DNA of 64,000 nucleotides from NCBI GenBank assembly GCA_038040485.1, contig JBBPIE010000013.1:84209-148208 (forward strand), in the 5' to 3' direction. The DNA is from Candidatus Onstottus arcticum. GTDB lineage: Bacteria; Acidobacteriota; Blastocatellia; UBA7656. This document shows positions 1 through 9,144 of this stretch, one piece after another (the stretch's first letter is position 1; the number at the start of each line of letters is the position of its first letter). Below the pieces are notes generated by a model. The model made no database searches. It had not been told where the DNA came from and saw nothing but the letters and a program-made list of their open reading frames with translations. The position numbers and the translations under genes were made by a program.

Positions 1-368
1 CCAGCGGGCTTCCGGCTGAAGAGGTCGCACGCGTCATCCACAACTCGAGCGAGTTGATCGACCCGATCGCCCGCACTCACCTCAAGCCCGAGTTGTTGAA
101 GGCGATGGAGACCGGGCTTGCCGACGCGCTTCACAACGTTTTTCTGGTTGGAACGTTGTTCGCGGTGATCGCGCTGGTGTCGGGCTTCTGGCTTCCGCGC
201 CGGGACCTTATTTCAAGCGAAGATGCGAGGCAGGCGGTTCAACCCTCGACGATGGGACCGAGGGAGGAGATTCCGTCATCCGCTGCCGATTTCGAGCGCT
301 TGCTGATGGCTGAGATGACGGTCATGGATTCCGAGAATGAGCCTGCGGCGGTTGAGACGGCCGACTAA
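1..368 (+). CDS. C-terminal fragment of a membrane transporter (MFS-like), gene continues upstream of window
   Basis: Open frame from position 3 with no stop until 366-368; hydrophobic helix LVGTLFAVIALVSGFWLP typical of a last TM segment; acidic C-terminal tail. Confidence 0.35.
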   Translation, partial: SGLPAEEVARVIHNSSELIDPIARTHLKPELLKAMETGLADALHNVFLVGTLFAVIALVSGFWLPRRDLISSEDARQAVQPSTMGPREEIPSSAADFERLLMAEMTVMDSENEPAAVETAD

Positions 369-379
369 AGCGCGCCTGT

Positions 380-452
380 GGGGGAAGCCCGCCGTGGAAT
401 CCCCTCGCCGCCCTCGATCCAGAAAGAGGGGAAGCCACGGAGAGCTTCCCCC
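380..452. terminator. Hairpin (18-nt arms GGGGGAAGCCCGCCGTGG / CCACGGAGAGCTTCCCCC) between convergent genes, overlapping the GDPD stop
   Basis: Inverted repeat read directly from the sequence; lies between the transporter stop (368) and the GDPD stop (452). Confidence 0.4.
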
Positions 453-1360
453 TACAAGCGTCTTCTCATATCGAGCAGCAGCGTTGGTTTGTCAGTCTTA
501 ATCGCGTCCGCGCCCAGCAGGCGCATCGCCTCAGCGACGTCCGGCGTGTTCACCGTCCACACCCACACTTCGACGCCGGCCTCGTGGGCCTGCTCGACTA
601 TTTCTCTCGAGAACTTTTTGTAGGAAACCGAGATCGAGTGAGGCTTGAACTTCAGCACCTGCTTCAGCGAGACCTCGTATGGAACCGACGCGCCAAAGTC
701 AGGATTGATCTGAAGCTTCAGACGCGGGCCGAGCGCCTCGCGCAGCTTCTCAGCCAGCTCCATGCCATGCGCTTCCAACACGACGCGATCAAGCTCGGGA
801 AATCTCTTGAGAGTGGCGACGGTCTTCTTGAGCATCTCGTCGCATCGCCCGCAAGGCTTGATCTCGATGTTGAGCAGGCCGGTCTTCTGGTTGGCAAGCA
901 ACTCATCAAGCGTGGGCACGTGACGACCGCCGGTGTCTTCGCCCACCGGGGTGAGCGTTGATTTGGACAGCTCGGAGTATGTGAGGTTCGAAACAAGTCG
1001 CGTGCGCTGAGGCGGAGCCAGGCCCTCGACTCTGCCGAAGTAATCGTCATGATAGACAACGACTACTCCGTCGCGGGTCAATCGGATATCAGTTTCGATT
1101 CCATCGGCGCCGATCCTGGCCGCTCGCTGAAACGCTTCGATAGTGTTCTCGGTAGACTCCTGCGCGCCGCCGCGATGCGCGATGACAAGGGGCCTTCCGG
1201 GCTGTGATTGAGCTTCGCCGACGGGCACCGAAACCTGCGCCGCTGAGATCGACACCAGCGCTACAAGCAGCACGGATGCGGTTACACCAACAAAGCGCGC
1301 CGATATGGTTGGGCAATCGCCGCTTGTCCCAGCCCGCCTAAGGCTCTGCATCTGGAGCAT
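452..1360 (-). CDS. Glycerophosphodiester phosphodiesterase (GDPD family), secreted
   Basis: HRGG...ENT...AF...GADGIETD...DGV-V-HD motifs of the GDPD family; N-terminal signal peptide. Confidence 0.8.
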   Translation of the reverse strand: MLQMQSLRRAGTSGDCPTISARFVGVTASVLLVALVSISAAQVSVPVGEAQSQPGRPLVIAHRGGAQESTENTIEAFQRAARIGADGIETDIRLTRDGVVVVYHDDYFGRVEGLAPPQRTRLVSNLTYSELSKSTLTPVGEDTGGRHVPTLDELLANQKTGLLNIEIKPCGRCDEMLKKTVATLKRFPELDRVVLEAHGMELAEKLREALGPRLKLQINPDFGASVPYEVSLKQVLKFKPHSISVSYKKFSREIVEQAHEAGVEVWVWTVNTPDVAEAMRLLGADAIKTDKPTLLLDMRRRL

Positions 1361-1835
1361 CGAATCGCTTCCTCAGTCTTTCGTAGGTCGCGTTGAGATC
1401 TTCGGGGAGCACGCGCGTCTCGCCGACCACCGAAATGAAATTCGCATCGCCGGTCCAGCGCGGCACGATGTGAAGGTGAAGATGATCGGCGATACCGGCG
1501 CCCGCGCTGCGGCCGAGGTTGATACCCATGTTGAATCCGTCGGGATGATACTCGGTTTGCAGGGCCGTCTGTGCGCGCTTGGCAAGCTCCATCATCTCTG
1601 CCGTCGTTGCCAGGTCAGTGTCGGCAAGCCACGCAATATGTTCGTACGGCACTATCATCAAGTGGCCGCTCGTGTAAGGAAAGAGATTGAGGATGATGAA
1701 GTTCTTCTGGGCTCGATGGACAATCAGGTTTTCGCGATCAGTTCCCAGCTCCTGCACACGGCAGAACACGCAGCCGATCTCGGCCTCAATCGAAGCGACG
1801 TACTTGTAGCGCCAGGGACTCCAGATGTGTTCCAT
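1338..1835 (-). CDS. HIT-family (histidine triad) hydrolase
   Basis: HLHLHIVPR histidine triad near the C-terminus; CxxC pair near the N-terminus; 165 aa. Confidence 0.8.
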   Translation of the reverse strand: MEHIWSPWRYKYVASIEAEIGCVFCRVQELGTDRENLIVHRAQKNFIILNLFPYTSGHLMIVPYEHIAWLADTDLATTAEMMELAKRAQTALQTEYHPDGFNMGINLGRSAGAGIADHLHLHIVPRWTGDANFISVVGETRVLPEDLNATYERLRKRFDAPDAEP

Positions 1836-1837
1836 GT

Positions 1838-2010
1838 TAGTTCGTAGTCCGTAGTCCGTAGTCCGTAGCTCGTAGTTCGTAGTTCGTAGTTCGTATTTCG
1901 TAGTCCGTAGTTCGAGGCTCGTAGTGCGTAGTTCGTAGTTCGTGGTTGCACTCGTTGATGAGCCACTGCGGTCTGGCCACGGACTACGGACTACGGACTA
2001 CTGACTACTC
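1838..2010. repeat. Tandem octamer array (GTAGTYCG, about 13 units) plus a downstream inverted copy (GGACTACGGACTACGGACTAC); large hairpin in the sppA-HIT intergenic region
   Basis: Direct reading of the sequence: array at 1838-1946, inverted arm at 1981-2010. Confidence 0.8.
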
Positions 2011-2011
2011 C

Positions 2012-2938
2012 TCACTTCCACAGATACTCGAACTGCAACGCGGCGCCGGGTGCTTGAAGTCTGTTGCCCGAGATAATTTCCCCGACGTCGGTCTTGGTGA
2101 GCAGGTCGAGTATCGAGCCGCGACGCGGCTTTGGCGGCGTGACGACTTGGGGTTCGCCTTTTATGTCGACAAGCTTTGCCGTTGCCTTCAACGCCGCGTC
2201 GTAGTTGCCAAGCTCGTCGATCAGCTTCTCTCGAAGCGCTTCTTCGCCTGTGTACACGCGTCCGTCCGCAAGTTCGGTGACGCGCTCGCGCGAAAGTCCG
2301 GCGTCCTTCCGTCCTTCGGCTACCGTGTTGACGAACTGGGAGAACATCTGGTTGATCAGCGCTTGAAGATACGCGCGCTCTTTGGGTGTGACCCCGCGCG
2401 TGGGGCTTCCGACATCTTTGAACTCACCGCTCTTGATCACCTCGGGCTGCATCTGAGCCCACTTGAGCAGATTGCCGTAGTTCACCCACTCAGCGATCAC
2501 GCCGATCGAGCCGGTAATCGTGCCGGGGTTCGCGATGATGCGGTCCGCCCCGCAGGCTATATAGTAGCCGCCCGATGCCGCCACCGAGCCCATCGAGACG
2601 ACAACTTTTTTCTTCTTCTCCTCGCGCAGCCACTTTACTTGATCGCTTATCTCCTGCGAAGCGGCGACTCCGCCGCCGGGACTGTCGATTCGAAGCAAGA
2701 CGGCCTTGACCCGCGAGTCGTCGCCGTACATCTTTAGCTGTTCGTTGACCGTCCTCGAATCAAAAATCACACCTTCGATATACACGACCGCGATTCGATC
2801 GCCTCCCAGCCCTCCCCAGCCCCCATCGCGAGAGAGCACCAAAGCCGCGAGCAGAATGATGGCAACAAAGAAAACGAAGCCAAAGCCCGCGATGATCAGG
2901 ACCGTGGTGAGATTGAAACGCTTCATAATGCTCTCCAT
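2012..2938 (-). CDS. sppA: Signal peptide peptidase SppA (36K type, ClpP/crotonase fold)
   Basis: N-terminal TM anchor; SMGSVAASGGYYIA and TGSIGV motifs typical of SppA. Confidence 0.85.
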   Translation of the reverse strand: MESIMKRFNLTTVLIIAGFGFVFFVAIILLAALVLSRDGGWGGLGGDRIAVVYIEGVIFDSRTVNEQLKMYGDDSRVKAVLLRIDSPGGGVAASQEISDQVKWLREEKKKKVVVSMGSVAASGGYYIACGADRIIANPGTITGSIGVIAEWVNYGNLLKWAQMQPEVIKSGEFKDVGSPTRGVTPKERAYLQALINQMFSQFVNTVAEGRKDAGLSRERVTELADGRVYTGEEALREKLIDELGNYDAALKATAKLVDIKGEPQVVTPPKPRRGSILDLLTKTDVGEIISGNRLQAPGAALQFEYLWK

Positions 2939-2941
2939 AAA

Positions 2942-2996
2942 CGATCAGCCACCAACGATCAGCTCATTGCTCTTGCTGATCGGTGATGGCTGATCG
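2942..2996. terminator. 22-bp-stem hairpin (CGATCAGCCACCAACGATCAGC / GCTGATCGGTGATGGCTGATCG) downstream of rpsA and upstream of sppA
   Basis: Near-perfect inverted repeat with an 11-nt loop in the 88-bp gap between the rpsA stop and the sppA start (both genes on the minus strand). Confidence 0.45.
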
Positions 2997-3026
2997 CTTC
3001 GAACCGCGATGGGCGCGAGCGGCGAA

Positions 3027-5006
3027 TTACTCCTCGCCCTCGTTGCCTTCGGACGGCCTCTGTAGATTCTTGAACATATCGCCGAGCGTCGCCATCCCTG
3101 TGCCCGTCTCGTGATAGCTGCGCTCCTCAGTAGGTTCGTCTTCCTTGCCGACCGCGCGCGCCGACAGCCCGATCTTCTTCTGCGAAGGATCGAGCTTGAG
3201 TATCTTGAACGGAAGAACCTGACCGACCTTAACCGCGTCTTCGGGCTTCTCGACGCGGTTATCGCTCAACTCGGAGACGTGGCAGAGTCCTTCGATCCCC
3301 TCTTCAATCTCGACGAACGCGCCGAAGTTGGCGAATCGCACGACCTTGCCTTTGACGACATTGCCAGGCCGTTGGGTCTCGAAGAATCGATCCCACGCAT
3401 TGGGTTCGAGATCCTTGATCGACAAGCTCAGCCGTCGCCCTTCCACGTCGATGTTGGTTATCACCGCATCGACCTGCTGTCCCTTCTTGAGCACGTCCGA
3501 CGGATGTTTGATCCGCTTTGTCCACGAGATGTCGGATACGTGCACGAGACCATCGATGCCATCCTCGATTTCGACAAAGGCGCCAAAGTCGGTAAGAGAG
3601 CGAACTTTGCCGCTTACGCGCGAACCGATGTGGTAACGAACCGGCAGCGTCTCCCACGGGTCTTGCGTTACCTGCTTGAGCCCGAGACTTATGCGCCGGC
3701 TGTTGGGATCGGCCTCCAGCACCACGGCTTCAACGTCCTGACCGATCGACAGAAGCTTCGACGGATGCTTCAGCCGTTTGGACCAGGTCATCTCCGTTAC
3801 GTGAACAAGCCCTTCTATGCCGGGCTCGATCTCGATGAACGCGCCGTAGTCGGTGAGGCTGACGATCTTACCGCGGATATGCATTCCGCGCGGAAAGCGT
3901 TCAGCGACGCTTTGCCAGGGATCCGGCAGAAGCTGTTTGTAGCCGAGGGAGATTCTTTCTCGTTCGGGGTCGAACTTCAGAACTTTGACTTGGAGAGTGT
4001 CTCCGACTTTTATGATGTCGGTAGGCGACTGAATTCGGCCCCAACTCATGTCGATGATATGCAGCAGCCCGTCGATCCCGCCGAGGTCGATAAAGGCGCC
4101 GTAGTCGGTGATGTTCTTGACTGCGCCTTCAAGTACAACGCCCTCTTCGATGTTGGCGAGCGTCTCGGCTTTCTTCTTGCCGGACGACTCTTCAAGGACC
4201 GCCTTGCGAGACACGACGACGTTGCCGCGTTTGCGATTGAGCTTGATTACCCGGACTTCGATTTCCTGGTTGATGAAGCTCTCCAGGTTGCGAACCGGGC
4301 GAACGTCTATCTGGGATCCCGGCAAGAAAGCGCCAATGCCTTCGACATCGACTTTCAGTCCGCCCTTGATCCGTTCGATGACCCGGCCCTTGATGTTCTC
4401 GTGGGTCTGATGCGCATGGCGAAGCCGGTCCCACGACTGGACCTGGACTGCCGCCGCTCGAGACAGCACAGCGTATCCGTCCTGGTTTTCGAGGCTCTTG
4501 ATGAGCACATCGACCTGGTCGCCTCGACTTACCACGAGGTTTCCCTGGCGGTCGACAAACTCCTCGCGGGCGACAACGCCTTCGGACTTGTATCCGATAT
4601 CGACAAGGACAAACTGCTCGGTGATTCCGACAACGAGACCGCGAACGATTTCGCCTTCTTGCTTGGAGGCCGCGCTTTCTTTCTCGTAGGTCTCCAGCAT
4701 CGAGCTGAAGTCCTGCGCGCCGCCCGTTTCCGAATCGGCAGCCGGATCAGGTGATGCGCTGCTTGGCTCCGAGCTGGCGGCCGCTTCGGGCGCGGGGCTG
4801 GCGGTTGCTTCGGACGCGGAGCTGGCCGCTACGCCAGTGTCAGGATTGTGATCCGAAGGTTGAACTTGTTGGCCGCTATCAGCCGCAGCTTCAGGCTCCT
4901 GAGCTGCGGGGTCTGGGCCGGTGCTGTTCTCGAGCGGGGCCGCCTCTTCCCTGGCGCCGTCGGCCGCCGCGCTCACACCGGACTGGTTTACATTCTCTGT
5001 CGCCAT
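3027..5006 (-). CDS. rpsA: 30S ribosomal protein S1 with a roughly 110-aa low-complexity A/S/P/E-rich N-terminal extension
   Basis: Multiple S1 domains (repeated GxV..i.dfGaFV...gieGL.H.Se.s motifs); long size typical of RpsA. Confidence 0.9.
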   Translation of the reverse strand: MATENVNQSGVSAAADGAREEAAPLENSTGPDPAAQEPEAAADSGQQVQPSDHNPDTGVAASSASEATASPAPEAAASSEPSSASPDPAADSETGGAQDFSSMLETYEKESAASKQEGEIVRGLVVGITEQFVLVDIGYKSEGVVAREEFVDRQGNLVVSRGDQVDVLIKSLENQDGYAVLSRAAAVQVQSWDRLRHAHQTHENIKGRVIERIKGGLKVDVEGIGAFLPGSQIDVRPVRNLESFINQEIEVRVIKLNRKRGNVVVSRKAVLEESSGKKKAETLANIEEGVVLEGAVKNITDYGAFIDLGGIDGLLHIIDMSWGRIQSPTDIIKVGDTLQVKVLKFDPERERISLGYKQLLPDPWQSVAERFPRGMHIRGKIVSLTDYGAFIEIEPGIEGLVHVTEMTWSKRLKHPSKLLSIGQDVEAVVLEADPNSRRISLGLKQVTQDPWETLPVRYHIGSRVSGKVRSLTDFGAFVEIEDGIDGLVHVSDISWTKRIKHPSDVLKKGQQVDAVITNIDVEGRRLSLSIKDLEPNAWDRFFETQRPGNVVKGKVVRFANFGAFVEIEEGIEGLCHVSELSDNRVEKPEDAVKVGQVLPFKILKLDPSQKKIGLSARAVGKEDEPTEERSYHETGTGMATLGDMFKNLQRPSEGNEGEE

Positions 5007-5547
5007 TAGATTGCTACGCCTCCTCGACTCCCGTATTGAACGTCATCGGATTTGTGTTATCGACCGATGTTGCGATTTTTGCTTTGATAGTATGCTTCAA
5101 CGGTCAGTATCGTTCAAGCCTTCTAAGCGTTGGAAGATGGAACGAAGACATCGCCGCCCCCCGGCTTTTGAGCGGTCGCTTTTCAGGAAGACCGCAAGGT
5201 GCTCGCGCTTAATATTGAAGGGCGAGCACGACAGCTTAGCTTGAGGTGTCGCTGATGCAACGGAACTCTCTTTCGGCTGAGAGAGCGCGGCAGGAGTTTC
5301 GGCGCACGTGGCTGTCTATTCCTCGCTTCGTTAAGCTTAAAGGCAAGGCTGAACTCTACACTTAGGGCTAGGGTGTGTCAAGGATTGCAAAAGCGCGTCA
5401 GGCAGGTCGACTACGATTGCCTCAACGACGGGATCCGAGGAATATCGAGCATGGCCAAAGTTACACGTCTGGGGAGTTTTGCGATTGCGTCGCCTAACCA
5501 TTGAACTCGCGCGCCCTCGCGTATAGGATCGGCTACAAGACTCTCAA

Positions 5548-6459
5548 ATGAAAGGTTTGGTGCACATGATGAGCCAACTAACACCCCCCTACCCTCTGAT
5601 TTATGATGGACTCTGCGAAGGTCAAGTCATTCCCTTTCTCGGTTCAGGAGCTTCGCTTGGTGGTCGAGAGAAGGACGCGAAGTGGGAGGAAGGCGTAGCA
5701 ACATATCTTCCGACAGCAAGCGAACTAGCGGACTATCTGGCCGACAAGACGGTGTTCCCTAAAGGCGAACCGCGCGACCTCGCGAAAGTGGCCCAATACT
5801 CGAACGCTGTTGGTGGACGCAACTGGCTCGACCAAAAACTGTACAACATCTTTAAGGTCAACTATCAACTCACATCGCTGCACAACTTTCTCGCCGGCCT
5901 GCCCTCACCGCTTTTGATTGTCACCACGAACTATGACGACCTCATTGAGCGTGCTTTTGAAATCAAAAAGCGTGCATATGATCTGGTAATCCATACGACT
6001 CACCCGGACTACAGTGGCAATCTCCTGTGGTGGCCGCACGGCAAACGAAAGCCGCGCGAGGCGGTACCGAATGAATTGGACATTGATCTCAGCGCGGTCG
6101 CAGTGATCTATAAGATGCACGGTGCAGTCGATCGCCGCGATCCAGCGCGCAGTCAGTATGTCATCACCGAAGATGATTACATCGACTTTCTCACTCGCAT
6201 GACTTCAGACAGCGCTATTCCCGCAATATTTTCTCAGGCATTCCAACAACGGCCCTTTTTGTTCCTTGGCTACGGTCTGCGGGACTGGAACCTGCGAGTA
6301 GTCTTGAACAAAATCGAGAAGGATATGCAGAGACCGGGAGATATCACCTCTTGGGCAATTCAGCATGATCCCTCCCCGTTGGAGCGGTTATTTTGGCAAA
6401 AGCGAGATGTGCAGGTCTATGACATGACGATTGAGGAGTTTGTGGCGAAACTCCTCTAG
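5548..6459 (+). CDS. SIR2-like (SIR2_2 family) protein, putative NAD+-consuming effector
   Basis: FLGSGAS, TTNYDDLIE, MHGAV and LFLGYGLRD motifs matching the SIR2_2 (PF13289-type) signature; GC visibly lower than the flanking genes. Confidence 0.8.
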   Translation: MKGLVHMMSQLTPPYPLIYDGLCEGQVIPFLGSGASLGGREKDAKWEEGVATYLPTASELADYLADKTVFPKGEPRDLAKVAQYSNAVGGRNWLDQKLYNIFKVNYQLTSLHNFLAGLPSPLLIVTTNYDDLIERAFEIKKRAYDLVIHTTHPDYSGNLLWWPHGKRKPREAVPNELDIDLSAVAVIYKMHGAVDRRDPARSQYVITEDDYIDFLTRMTSDSAIPAIFSQAFQQRPFLFLGYGLRDWNLRVVLNKIEKDMQRPGDITSWAIQHDPSPLERLFWQKRDVQVYDMTIEEFVAKLL

Positions 6460-6489
6460 CATTACGAACCAAAATACCGGGATGCAACG

Positions 6490-9117
6490 ATGACGATGTC
6501 GGAAGCTCAGCGCGGCTCACCTTACCTGGGTCTCATACCATACGACGAACAAGACGCGCCCTTCTTCTTTGGGCGCGAGAAAGAGACGCGGATCATCACG
6601 GCTAACTTGTTCGCCTCGCGGCTGACGCTGTTGTATGGCGCGAGCGGAGTCGGCAAGTCGTCGGTCCTGCGGGCTGGCGTCGTCCACCAATTGCGCCCAC
6701 GCAAAGACGTCCTTGCAGTGGTGTTCAGCGACTGGCAGAACGACCCGCTCACGAAGCTCAAGACCGCGGTTGCTAAGGCATCGTCGGACGCCACCGACAA
6801 GAGTGATCCGCTGCCGGATTCCTCATCGCTGGCCGAATACCTGGCAGGGTACAGCGCAAGACTCAATGGCCGCTTGATGATCATCCTCGATCAGTTCGAG
6901 GAGTATTTCCTCTATCACGCGCAACAGGACAGTCAAGGCACGTTCGACGTCGAGTTTCCGCGCGCGGTCAATCGCCCGGGCTTGCGTGTCAATTTTCTCA
7001 TCTCCATACGCCAGGATGCCTTGGCGGAATTGGATCGTCGTTTCAAAGGGCGCATCACCAATCTCTTCAACAACCGCCTGGAAGTCAAACACCTCAGCCG
7101 CGAAGCAGCAAAAGCAGCAATTGAGAAACCCATAGATGAATACAATAGCCGTTACGTGACAGAAGGCGAGGAGTTCAGCATCGAACCGGATTTGGTCAAC
7201 GAGGTTCTGATCGAGCTTCAGGAGGACGGCGCCTCTCAAGCACCTCACAAGCAAGTTGACTTCAGGAGCGGGAAACGCGAAGCGCTCATTGTAACCCCCT
7301 ACCTGCAACTGCTAATGGCCCGCATATGGGAGAAGGAAATAGAAAACAACTCGCGCGTCCTGCGGTTGAAGACGCTAAAGGGCCTCGAAGGTTTGCGGAA
7401 CATAGTTCAGGTTTACTTGAACAATGCAATGGATGCGCTATCTCCCAGGGAGCGAGAGATCGCGGCGGATATGTTCGACTACCTGGTCACTCCATCGGGG
7501 ACAAAGATCGCATACATGGCATCCGATCTGGCCATAAAGACCAAGAGCGGGCCGGAGCAGCTTAAGCCCGTGATGGATAAACTCTCCACCGATTTTCGTA
7601 TTTTGCGCTCAGTAGACCCGCCGCTCGACCGACCAAACGAGTTACGTTATGAGGTGTACCACGACGTGCTTGCGGTTGCGGTTTTAATTTGGCAAGAGGA
7701 ATACCGGCGGAACCAGGTGGATGCCGAAGCCAAGAAGAAGGCGAAAGAACAACAGCGCCAAGCCGAGGAGAAAGCAAGGGCTGAAGAGCAAGCAAAGGCT
7801 AACGCAATCCTGCGGCGATGGCTTTGGGCGCTGGCGTTCATGACTCTGTTGGCGATGAGCGCTTCGGTGATCGCGTATAAGCAATCCAGGAATGCACGTG
7901 CTAGTGAGCAGAAGGCGCTGGATGCTCAGAAGAACGCCGAGGAAAAACGGGAGTCGGCACTTCAGGTGCTCAGATTTTATGACGATGTCATACCTGTTTC
8001 CGATGGCTTGCTTTATGGAGGCAATCAGCGGGTGACCTTGGATCGGCTGGAAAGATCGCTGCAAGAGCATAAAGATAAGGGCAACCTCAGCGGAGAAGGA
8101 ATAACGCTCGCCAAGATCGGTGACTTTTACCATTTGCTCAACAAGGATACCGCGGCGCAGGAGTACTATGAACGCGCCTTGCCGATCTTAGAGAATGTTC
8201 TTGGAAAGGATCATCTTTACGTAGCCACCATCCTGGATAAATTGGCGACAGTTTACCTCAATCAGGGCAACTCGCTGAACTACTCCAAAGCTGAGCCGCT
8301 TGAAGAGAGGGCATTAATGATTCTGAAGCAAGCCCTGGGAGCGGAGAATGTCGACGTAGCCACTGCGCGCAACAATCTGGGGCTCATCTACCTCAACTGG
8401 GGCAAGTACGCCGAGGCCGAGCCGCTTTTCAACGAGGCAATCGATATTGACCTGAGGATTCATGGGAAAAACGATGTTGAGGTAGCCAATGGCCGAAACA
8501 ACCTGGCCCTGCTCTACCTCAAGCAGGGCAGGTATGCAGAGGCCCAGTCTCAGTTTGAGCAGGCACTCGACATCTGGAAGAAGAATCTAGGCGAGGAGAA
8601 TACGACTGTAGCGGATGGTCTCACCAACCTGGCTGAGGTCTACCGCAAACAGGGGCAGTACATTGAAGCGGAGCCGCGCGCAAGAAGAGCATTTGAGATT
8701 TGGGAGAAGCAAGCCTCGGCGCCCGACGATCCCGATTTGGCTCAAAGCTTAAACATCCTGGGAATGATCTATAGCGATGAAGGTAGATTCTCCGAAGCCG
8801 GGCCGCGTCTCAAACGAGCCTTAGCGATCCGTGAGAAAGCTCTTGGGCTCGAACATGAAAAGCTGGCAATCAGCCTCAACGCGCTGGCAGTGCTTTCTTA
8901 CAGGCAAGGCAAGAACGCCGAAGCAGAGCAGTTTTTCAAGAGAGCCCTCAAGATTCGCGAGAGCGCGCTGGGGCCAGATCATCCCGATGTGGCGGAGACC
9001 CTTCGAGACTATGCGACGCTGCTGCGCTCGAGCGGTAGGGAAGCTGAAGCTGCAGTCATGGACGCCCGTGCAGAAGCCATCCGGACCCGGCACGCAGAAG
9101 AGAATCGAAGAAACTGA
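6490..9117 (+). CDS. nSTAND-type P-loop NTPase with an internal TM helix, a charged coiled-coil and C-terminal TPR repeats
   Basis: N-terminal SPYLGLIPYDEQDAPFFFGREKE motif followed by Walker A GASGVGKSSVLRAG; K/E/A-rich segment, hydrophobic helix WLWALAFMTLLAMSASVIAY, then at least six TPR_10/12-like repeats; 30-bp gap after the SIR2 gene. Confidence 0.75.
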   Translation: MTMSEAQRGSPYLGLIPYDEQDAPFFFGREKETRIITANLFASRLTLLYGASGVGKSSVLRAGVVHQLRPRKDVLAVVFSDWQNDPLTKLKTAVAKASSDATDKSDPLPDSSSLAEYLAGYSARLNGRLMIILDQFEEYFLYHAQQDSQGTFDVEFPRAVNRPGLRVNFLISIRQDALAELDRRFKGRITNLFNNRLEVKHLSREAAKAAIEKPIDEYNSRYVTEGEEFSIEPDLVNEVLIELQEDGASQAPHKQVDFRSGKREALIVTPYLQLLMARIWEKEIENNSRVLRLKTLKGLEGLRNIVQVYLNNAMDALSPREREIAADMFDYLVTPSGTKIAYMASDLAIKTKSGPEQLKPVMDKLSTDFRILRSVDPPLDRPNELRYEVYHDVLAVAVLIWQEEYRRNQVDAEAKKKAKEQQRQAEEKARAEEQAKANAILRRWLWALAFMTLLAMSASVIAYKQSRNARASEQKALDAQKNAEEKRESALQVLRFYDDVIPVSDGLLYGGNQRVTLDRLERSLQEHKDKGNLSGEGITLAKIGDFYHLLNKDTAAQEYYERALPILENVLGKDHLYVATILDKLATVYLNQGNSLNYSKAEPLEERALMILKQALGAENVDVATARNNLGLIYLNWGKYAEAEPLFNEAIDIDLRIHGKNDVEVANGRNNLALLYLKQGRYAEAQSQFEQALDIWKKNLGEENTTVADGLTNLAEVYRKQGQYIEAEPRARRAFEIWEKQASAPDDPDLAQSLNILGMIYSDEGRFSEAGPRLKRALAIREKALGLEHEKLAISLNALAVLSYRQGKNAEAEQFFKRALKIRESALGPDHPDVAETLRDYATLLRSSGREAEAAVMDARAEAIRTRHAEENRRN

Positions 9118-9144
9118 GATCGGATAATTCGGCGCGTGCCGCCT

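Noticed and set aside
1724-2737. ORFs 1724..1966(-) and 1946..2737(+) translating peptides such as NYELRTTSYGLRTTDYE
   Set aside because: They are translations of the tandem octamer array. The plus-strand ORF is also antisense to sppA.
3111-4754. 547-aa ORF on the plus strand
   Set aside because: It lies entirely antisense to the well-supported rpsA gene. It has a low-complexity Arg/Leu/Asp-rich translation typical of spurious antisense ORFs in GC-rich DNA.
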